A stretch of DNA of 29,766 nucleotides from Vicugna vicugna (taxonomy: Eukaryota): positions 1,748,753-1,778,518 of the forward strand of contig MU057560.1 of assembly GCA_013265495.1 (NCBI GenBank). The letters are read 5' to 3'. How positions within the stretch are numbered: position 1 is the stretch's first letter; each line of letters opens with the position of its first letter. The position numbers and the translations under genes were made by a program. This document shows positions 22,051 through 29,766 of this stretch, piece after piece. A model generated the notes under the pieces. The model ran no database searches. It saw only the letters and a list, made by a program, of their open reading frames with translations, and was not told the origin of the DNA.

Positions 22051-23927
22051 CGCCATTTGCACAGGGCAGTGTTGCAGGATATCAGACAAGGAGCACCCGG
22101 AAATGAAGCCTCCTCAGCAGTGGGGGCTCTCCTCACTTCTGGAATGTGAACACATCAAAGACAGCAGCATATGTATCTTTTCATACCTCACATTCAGCAC
22201 AGCACCTGGACATACTCACCCTGCACAGCGCCCCCGAGTCCCCCCCCCCAGGTCCCGCACCGATGCCTGCTCACCCCGAGGCTCATCAGTCCTCTGCAGC
22301 CAGCAGGAGGGCATCTCAGTACAGGATGACATTGGCCAGAGTCATGCTGACACAATGTTGATAGGTAGACCCAGCTTGAAAGTATGGAGACAGTCTGAAA
22401 CTGCCACCCTGGGGACAGAAGGGACCCCTGCTCCTCAGGGGACTCAGGAGAGGGCACAGAGGTCCCAAGTCCTTCCCTGCATCCGCCTCCCTCCGTCTCG
22501 TGACTTCTGCTCCTCAGGGCCCTGCTCCAGCGTCCCTCCGGGCTGTAGAGAACCACTGCGTATGGTTTCCTTTTTAACTTGGAGGGACTCAGAGACTCGG
22601 AGCCTTTAAGACGGGCCATTTCCCTGAAGGCTCTCACAGGACGACGAGAAAGACACACTCCGTCACAGGCGTTCCCAGCCCAGTCTCATGAACTCTGACC
22701 CTTCCTCTCGTTAGAGAACACAGGTACGCGCGAGGCTGAACAGGTCAATGAACAGCCGGAGAGACAAGAAGCATCGCTTGCCCACCTGCACAGGTAAGGA
22801 AAGCCACGAAGCACTCACATCTCATTTTAGGATTTTAAGTTACTTGTCTTGATTTTTCTTCTGTCACCCTTTCTCAGGCAAGCCTTCAGAGGGATGGGGA
22901 GAGGGGGAAAGAATAAAAATGCTGTCAATTTTTTAAATGGTTAAAATACACCTTGGTTTCTCCCTTTCTTCTGGAGGCAGAAATACGCAGGGAGACAGAC
23001 CCCGGGGGACAAGCATTCAGGCTTTGGAGTCACGGAGACCTGGCTCAGTCCCCGCCGAGCAACCGAATTAGCAGTGCCGCCCTGGAGAAGAACGTCATCG
23101 CCCCAAGCTTCAGCTGCTTCCCCCAGAAAGAGGAAATAAGCTCCCCACTGTCCAGGGCCGTGGTGCCGGCGGGGCCCAGGCAGACACGCTCTGAATGGCA
23201 GGTCTGCGGCCATCACCCCATCGGGGGTGCGTGCAGTGCCGCGGGCTGTGGTTTACAGCCCGCAGGGATGATGTGCAAGCACCATCCCACACCCCCGGCT
23301 CCTGATCCCCAAGGCCAAGCCCTTTAAATGGCTGCAGTGAGAGCTTGCGTATCTTCCCTCCTCTTCCACACACACCCCAAAAGCCGCTCTTCTGAGACTC
23401 GTTCTGAGCCCAGACTTAGGGAGCCCTGCGAGAGACATGAGGAACCAGGGAGCCTGTGTGCACCGCCCCTGCCCCCCCAGGGGAGGGACTGCCTGCAGCT
23501 CCGGGGGATAGGTGAGGACACAGACAAGCTCAGAGGACCCCGAGTGAGCACGCTCAGCTCCCAGCAGCTGCACCTGTCGTGTACTCCGGGGCCTCCCTGA
23601 GTTCACTTTTCTCTCTCTGCACAAGGGGATTGGTGGTTGCGCATTGTTCACGCGCACTGAGAGGTTCTGAAAGCCCCGGCCTGGGCTTTGAAGCCGCACC
23701 GGTGTGGTCTGGAGTCGTGGTCTGTTCCACCACTTGCCAGACTCTCACTGCAGGCAACTTGGGTGACATTTCAGAGGCTACACTCCCCTTCTCAATATTC
23801 CCCACCTTACTTGATCGCTGTGAAAACAAAAGACAAAATACAGGAGAAAGCAGTAAGGAGGAGCAACGGCTCATTCAATGACGTCTTCGCTACTATCATG
23901 ATGATGATGATGACTAAAAACTCAAAC

Positions 23928-24037
23928 AATTCTGAAAAATATCTGCATATGTATGTGTAACTGAATCGCTTTGCTGCACGCCTGAAACTAACATTGTAAA
24001 TCAATTACACGTCAATAAAAAACAAAACATTTTAAAA
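23928..24037 (+). mobile_element. Short artiodactyl-type LINE-1 3' end
   Basis: 'tctgaaaaatatctgcatatgtatgtgtaactgaatcgctttgctgcacgcctgaaactaacattgtaaatcaattacacgtcaataaaaaac'. Confidence 0.85.
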
Positions 24038-24419
24038 TGCTAAAGAAAACCAAAAACCAAATTTGGAATTTTAAGAATTCACTTCTTTTTTGGCAAAAGG
24101 TATTTGAGACAAATCAGAGACTTTAGCATTAGGGCACCACGTCTACTGTGAATTTACAGAAGGCTGCCTGGGCAATCAACCCACCACTTCTGTGAATTCT
24201 ATTCCTAACTCTCCCTGAGCACAGAATGTAGAGCCTGCTGTCTCAAACTCACTAATGGGGTAGGAAAATAATAAGAAAAAGGAGAAATAAAAATTTAGAG
24301 GTAGGGAAACACCAACTCATGGTTATTAAAAATATCCTTTTAAAAATATACAGAGATTCAAAGCAGTAAAAAAAAAAAAAACAACAAGAAAAGCTCAGCT
24401 GAGACGTAAAGGAGGAAAA

Positions 24420-25240
24420 GCACGCGGAGCGGCCCCCGGCCCGGCAGGGGCGCACCGAGCGCAGGCGCCGCCGCCCCGAGGCCAGGCCCTCCGGCCCTCC
24501 GTGGCGTCTGCCGGCTGGGATTTGCCTCGCAACGTGCTGTCCTTCCGCTTCCACCGGCGCCTTCCCTTCCGGAGCTCGGTCCAGGCTGAGACGGACGCTA
24601 ACCGCCCGGCGGTGCTTCAGGCAGGGAGCCGGCGAGTTACAGGCGGCGGGAAGGGGCGTCCCCAGCGCGCGTGGCGCGAGCATCCACGCGCGGCCGGCAG
24701 AGAACCCGCCTCCTCTCCGCGCCGCTCCTCGTGTCTACACCGCCGCCACGTGTCTGCACCCGCGCCACGCTGCACACGCCCGGAGGCGCCGGCCAGGCCC
24801 TCTGCAAGGAGGACACGAATGGCCCAGAGCAGGCAGGAGGGGGCCCGGCAGACTCGGTTCCCCTCCGAGGCGACCGCCTGCGGTACCCAGAGCAGGCCGG
24901 TTCGGACGCACCCTGGCTGGGAGCGGAACCGGCCGCCTGCAGGAGGAGGCTCACAACCCGTCCGGACGTCTTCGGCGCCGATGCCGCACTGCACAGCTGG
25001 CTGGATGATCAAGCCTGCAGTTCCGACTCTGGGCCCAGACCTGGGGACGAGCGGACGCCAAGGAGAACAGCACGGAGTCCCAGCGGAGGGCGGACGGACC
25101 GCGGCCGCCAGGGACGCCCCCCGCGCCTGCTGGGCAGCTACCCTGCTCGGGCGCGTTCCCTCACGACGTGTATACGTTCCAAGTCTCCAGGAATCTCTCC
25201 CTCCCTCTCACACGCTCGGCACAGCAGGCCGCTGGTAAGG
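24420..25240. promoter_or_regulatory. CpG island (orphan)
   Basis: About 820 bp of very high GC with dense CpG and sharp AT-rich boundaries; E-box CACGTG near 24747. No recognisable coding exon. Confidence 0.7.
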
Positions 25241-25254
25241 CTGCAGTTAAAAGG

Positions 25255-25510
25255 CCAGCATTTCGCATTCTGCAAGGAAAATTTGTAAACGCACGGTCCT
25301 TTCTAATTCTATTGACTGCACTGTACACAACCCAGAATGAGGGTGAATTGATAAAATATGCAAATGAGGCAACAATTCATAGACTGCATTAAAATTTCCA
25401 TTTAAGCTGTTAGTTAAGCTGTACACATTTGTAAATGTAAACATTAACCCTCAGGAAAAGTATTTTTTAAACTGCAGCATAATTGGAAACTCCGCAATAA
25501 TATATAACAG
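25255..25510. promoter_or_regulatory. AT-rich motif-dense block, candidate conserved enhancer
   Basis: Octamer ATGCAAAT 25358-25365, SOX AACAAT 25371-25376, FOX TGTAAACA 25436-25443, homeodomain TAATTGG 25480-25486. Confidence 0.45.
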
Positions 25511-26869
25511 AAGCGGGACCCTTACGCAGAAGGGGACCCGATCGCTATGAATTTTAAACCATTTCCCCAGAGCTGGTGCTTCTCTGAGCCGCTCCGGCGG
25601 CTCTGCTCTGGGTCCCTGGAAAGCCCTGCTTCCACCCTCTCCGCTGGCAGGCTGTGCCTTGGCCAGAAGCCCGCGCCCCAGGACAGGCGCCAAGCCTCAC
25701 TGGCCTGGGCACCCCTCCCTGGGCCCATCTGGGGTCCTCCCTCACGTAGCAGGAGCTTGCTGAGGTCGGCTGCACTGCCTGAAATTCAGGTGTGGAATTA
25801 AACTGAATTGAACCGAATCGAACAGAAATAGTTCCCAGGCAGCGCTCTGAGGTCTGCGGATTTCCAGTGTAGAAGCCAAGTCAGTACAACCAAATTTCCT
25901 CTTCAGCCCACACGCAGACCAGGTGCCTCAGGCCGACCAAGGTGCAAGCAGGACTGAACAGATTAGAGGGTGTTTGGGGCTGGAATCGCCCGCAAACTCA
26001 GCACACAAGTCTGCCTGTCTGCACCGTCTTCCCACCCAGGAAGTGTCTAAGCCCCATTCCTGGGCGCAGGGCCGTGCACCTGGACCCGTGAGCCCAGCCC
26101 CCCACCCGGCTCCTCTTACACAAGTGCTCTGTGCTAACAGGAGGCCAGATGACGGTGGACACACACTCTCCCCACAAGCCAGCAGTACCCATCATTTCCA
26201 CCCATGTCTCCAAAGACTTGTGTTAGAATTTATGTCAAGGAAAGGTGGGCTTTCGTGAAAAGCATAGTTCGGTGTTTTTTTAATCGGACAATGAAAAACA
26301 CAAACCCATTGACTGTTTTTACCCAATTTTGCCACCACTGCTGGGAAGCTTAGCGCTACACGTAATACTCAAGCACAGGAGCCCTCTGCGCCCCGATGCA
26401 CGGTGTCTTACCGCTGCTTCATTTAGCTCCTTATTTCTCCCTCTTTTTCATTTTTTTACTATATTCTCTACTGGCCTTCATTGGAAATAGCCTCAAGTCC
26501 TTCTTGCTAATAGATAAATAATTAATAATCCAAACAGAACAAATATTTGGATTATATTAGAACTACTGAGCGGGAAAAGCTGTGCTACACATCTTAGTGT
26601 TGTGATAAATTCCATGGTTTCTGCAGATCATGTCAAAACACGTAAACTGGACAGATCTAACAAATTACACTGGGAAAACAGGATTACAGTGTAAGACTGA
26701 GGAAAGACAAATGGTTTGGCACAGGGTCTCAGTGATTTTCCCAAAGGCCAGTGCATTCACGATCTATAAATAGGAACCCCATTCCCACGCGACATCAATT
26801 CTCTAATCAGCTCATGAGATGGGTCAATTAATAAGAGGGACAGAGGAGGGAGAAGAGGGGAAGAAAGTA

Positions 26870-27085
26870 GTCACTATGCGAGTGCACACTGTGTACCAAG
26901 TACTTGTGTGCACAGTGTCCACGGACAGTCACGCGATGGAGTGGGTTCCATTACTCTTCTTCTCAAGAGAAGACTCATTTTACTGAAGCTCGGAAGTAAG
27001 TGACTTGACTAATGTCACAAAGTTGTGAGAAGCAGCAAACGTTCTATCCATCTTCAAGTTTTTGCCTCCAAAAGATTCTGTGGTG
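26870..27085 (-). mobile_element. MIR SINE
   Basis: 'actgaagctcggaagtaagtgacttgactaatgtcacaaag' is the reverse MIR core. Confidence 0.65.
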
Positions 27086-27154
27086 CACATCTAATCTATC
27101 ATACTTTCAAATGTTCTGGGTTCTCCACATCAGGATAATGTCTCACCCTTCCAC

Positions 27155-27225
27155 TAACCCTGGGGAATAAAAAGAGGAATCTGCCCATTTGGGAAGTGAA
27201 GAAATTGGGTCAAGAGGTTTAAGTA
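27155..27225 (-). mobile_element. MIR fragment
   Basis: 'gcccatttgggaagtgaagaaattgggtcaagaggtttaagta'. Confidence 0.45.
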
Positions 27226-28202
27226 CGGAGGCGGGGTCCACCCCAGCAGTGCCCCGCAGAACCAGATTGTCGGCTCCCTGCCCTTGGGGGTGCAGCACCA
27301 CCACTCAGCTCCCTGCACTGTCCTGCAGAGATGCAAGAACTTGTCCCCCACAGGCCCACCCCCGGGAAGGATGGGGTCCGGTGTGTCTGCCTGCAGGTTA
27401 CGCCCCAAGAGTGTCTTTGTGTGATACTTTATGCTTCTCCCCGCCACTCTGGACTTAGTCAGATATTACACTTTAAAGGACTGAATAAGCCTTTAGGGAT
27501 AAACCCAGACTTGGGTTCTGTCCCCAGATGCAATTCCAATGCCTCCAACCCGGGCACCAAGCTCCTAAGCCTCATGGAAACCCCCATCCTCCTGGTCATT
27601 TAAGAGAGAGAGTCAAGAAAACAAAAAAATTCCTGGGAAGAGGAGGCTAAGTGAATGTCTGATGGCCTCCAAGAAGCAATTAAAGGCTCAAGCAGAAAGT
27701 TCAAGTTGACGCTCAGCCTGCCTGTCCCGAGTCCCTAATCCCAGCGCTGCCTCCACCTCAGGACAGACTGACATATTTCCAATGATGGTGGCGATGAATA
27801 TTCAGCAGCATAAAGCCACTGGCATTTCCTAAATCAATATTAATGGAAGCCCTCGGGCAATCAACACGCAGAGGGTAAACCTTCGTCCATGCGGCTTCCG
27901 CTGCAAATAGCTGCAGCCCCTCCCACCCGCTAATGAGCCCGGATGTTCACGAACTCCCTTCCTAGACATGAGCTAAGCCTTTAAAGCACATGAGTAGAAG
28001 TTCCTTCTTTCTGTGTATATGAATTTGCAGAGATAACCAAGCTCAGCCTCCCTCGCCCAAAAACACCTGGCCCACCACTCACCTGAGACTCTGGTTAAAT
28101 GCCAGTACACCGAGCAGGCCATCACGGTTGTGTCTTTTAATCTTTGCAAGTTTAACTGAGCTCCACCAGGTAGTTCTGATAAAATCATAATCGTCATACT
28201 GT

Positions 28203-28450
28203 GAGTAGCTGAGTGGCTAAAAGCAAAGGCATAAGAGCCAGCAGGAGCTCAACCAGGTTTTGCTGTTCAGTTAGCTGAGTGATCTGTGCGAGCCCTTTGA
28301 CCTCTCTCTGCACCCCAGTTTTCTCACCTGTAAGTTAGAGATGACTCAGAGTACCTCGTGGGGTGCAGTGAGGGTTAAATGAAATTGTGGAAATAAAAGA
28401 CCTGACACAGTCCCTGCACAGAGAAAAGATTCAATTAATGGTAACTAGCC
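28203..28450 (+). mobile_element. Near full-length MIR SINE
   Basis: 'gtagctgagtggctaaaagc...ttagctgagtgatctgtgcgag...cctctctctgcaccccagttttctcacctgtaagttagagatga...gtgagggttaaatgaaat...cacagtccctgcacagag'. Confidence 0.85.
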
Positions 28451-28525
28451 TTGTGAATCCGTCTGGAATACATCGATTCAGGAAACTAAGTGGTGATCTT
28501 TTTCTCTTCAGTGTAAAGTAGAGGA

Positions 28526-28669
28526 TGTGGTGTGGGCAATGTGGACGGTGTAGATGGCGGGGACCGTGCGGGTGGTGTGGATGCTGCAGATGCTGTGGAT
28601 GGTGTAGACTGTGTGGACTGTGTGGATGGCGTCGATGGCAGGGACCGTGTGCGTGGTGTGCATGGTGTG
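28526..28669. repeat. Minisatellite, 16 x 9-bp units (consensus about GAYGGTGTG)
   Basis: Units such as gacggtgta, gatgctgtg, gatggtgta, gactgtgtg, catggtgtg stay in exact 9-bp register with no indels. Confidence 0.9.
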
Positions 28670-29214
28670 GCTGGACACAAGTCTCCCAGAGGAGGAGTGG
28701 GGAGCAAAGGGGACAGGGGCTGTGGTCACCAAGAACTGTCAAAATGGGCTTCCTATTTTCCACGGGTCTTCCTCATTCACATCCTTGGTCCTACACTTTA
28801 GGGAAATTTTAAGGAAGAACTCCCAGCTATAAGATTCTGCGGCTCTCCGTGTGATGCTGGAGTAAGAGTGAACAGCATTCAAGAAAGGATTCAGGTACAT
28901 GAACCCCGGATCCTTCTCATCTTCAGATTGCAGTTTTCTAGGTTCTCTGCTGAAATCCACAAAGATGACTCGGATAAGCTAGTCAGTTACGTGCCTTGCA
29001 CAGTGAGGTTCTGACTTGGGAGTTCCAGCTATTTGGACCAACCCATACTAGGTTGTGTTACAAAGACATGGTGGGTTATGTTAGACCATTTCAGGGAAGA
29101 GCAAAGGGAACGTGATCTTCCTTAGATAATCTATCCAGTCAACCCAGGCGTTACCAGAGGTCCCAGGAAAAGAAGGCAGTTTTAAGGAATTTTGAGTTCA
29201 AACTTGCTTCCGCC

Positions 29215-29360
29215 CCACAAACCCAAGGAGGTGGGACTGGAAGGTCTGCCAAGGGCAAGGGACAGTGGGGATCAGAGACATCAAGTAACACCTCCAAGGT
29301 CACACAGATAACAAATGGTGGTGGCAGCCGTGGAATTCAAAGCTATTTTTTTTACTGCCC
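29215..29360 (-). mobile_element. MIR fragment
   Basis: 'gatcagagacatcaagtaacacctccaaggtcacacagataacaaatggtggtggcagccgtggaattcaaa'. Confidence 0.7.
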
Positions 29361-29766
29361 CAGGGAGTAAGAATGACCCCAAGATTCCAGGGACCCTCTC
29401 TGCAGCCATGATGGGGATTGGCTGAGCCTAACAAGGTGGGGACTTATTCCAAGCGCCTGCGGTAGGTTCATATGAACGTCACAGTCTGGTACGAACCAGT
29501 GTTCCTGTTTCCATGATGAACTGCAAGATAAAAGCTCTTGTTTGTGTTAGCAAGAGGAAACTTCTCCAGGGGAGAAGAAAAAGAAGACAACACACCAGTT
29601 CTTGATCTAAGCTGTGAGGAGAAAAGTCTGAATTGAATAACTCAGGACTCACTCTTTTCCCGAGAGAAAACAGCTCACTTATGAGAAACGAGCTGGAAAT
29701 CTCTGCACAGGGAGCAGCTTCCAGAGTCTTTCGTCCTGACCAGGTGGAGGGAGGGAAAAAAAAAAA

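Noticed and set aside
22192..22212. REST/RE1 site (TTCAGCAC...GGACA)
   Set aside because: Half-site spacing and the right half do not fit the canonical RE1.
24501..25288. 245-aa and 205-aa ORFs as genes
   Set aside because: Non-ATG (GTG) starts, mutual overlap, confinement to the CpG island and no recognisable homology.
28739..28960. Minus-strand ORF or exon (REPRKLQSEDEKDPGFMYLNPF...)
   Set aside because: Only a modest acceptor, no convincing donor and no recognisable peptide.

Overview
Mammalian non-coding genomic DNA, most likely camelid: it carries a tRNA-Ala-derived SINE of the camelid Vic type and artiodactyl-type L1 3' ends. I recognise no host protein-coding gene. The only recognisable peptides in the ORF track are decayed LINE-1 ORF1p and ORF2p pieces, and the long ORFs at 1.3-2.0 kb and 24.5-25.3 kb are best explained by GC richness. 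Much of the window is interspersed repeat (several L1 age classes, L2, CR1/L3, MIRs, one MLT1 solo LTR, one Tigger2-type MITE) plus simple repeats and a 74-N gap inside a poly-C tract. Between the repeats lie two CpG-island-like segments and several repeat-free, motif-dense blocks that look like enhancers. The most notable observations are a strong A/T-to-G/C skew in some repeats (consistent with GC-biased gene conversion), a TSD-bounded L1 lacking its whole RT region, a stack of L1 3' ends, a MEF2/E-box/AP-1 cluster and an Oct/Sox/Fox block beside a CpG island. I found no convincing novel biological system. Repeat family names come from recalled consensus sequences, not from a search, and boundaries are approximate unless a TSD is given.
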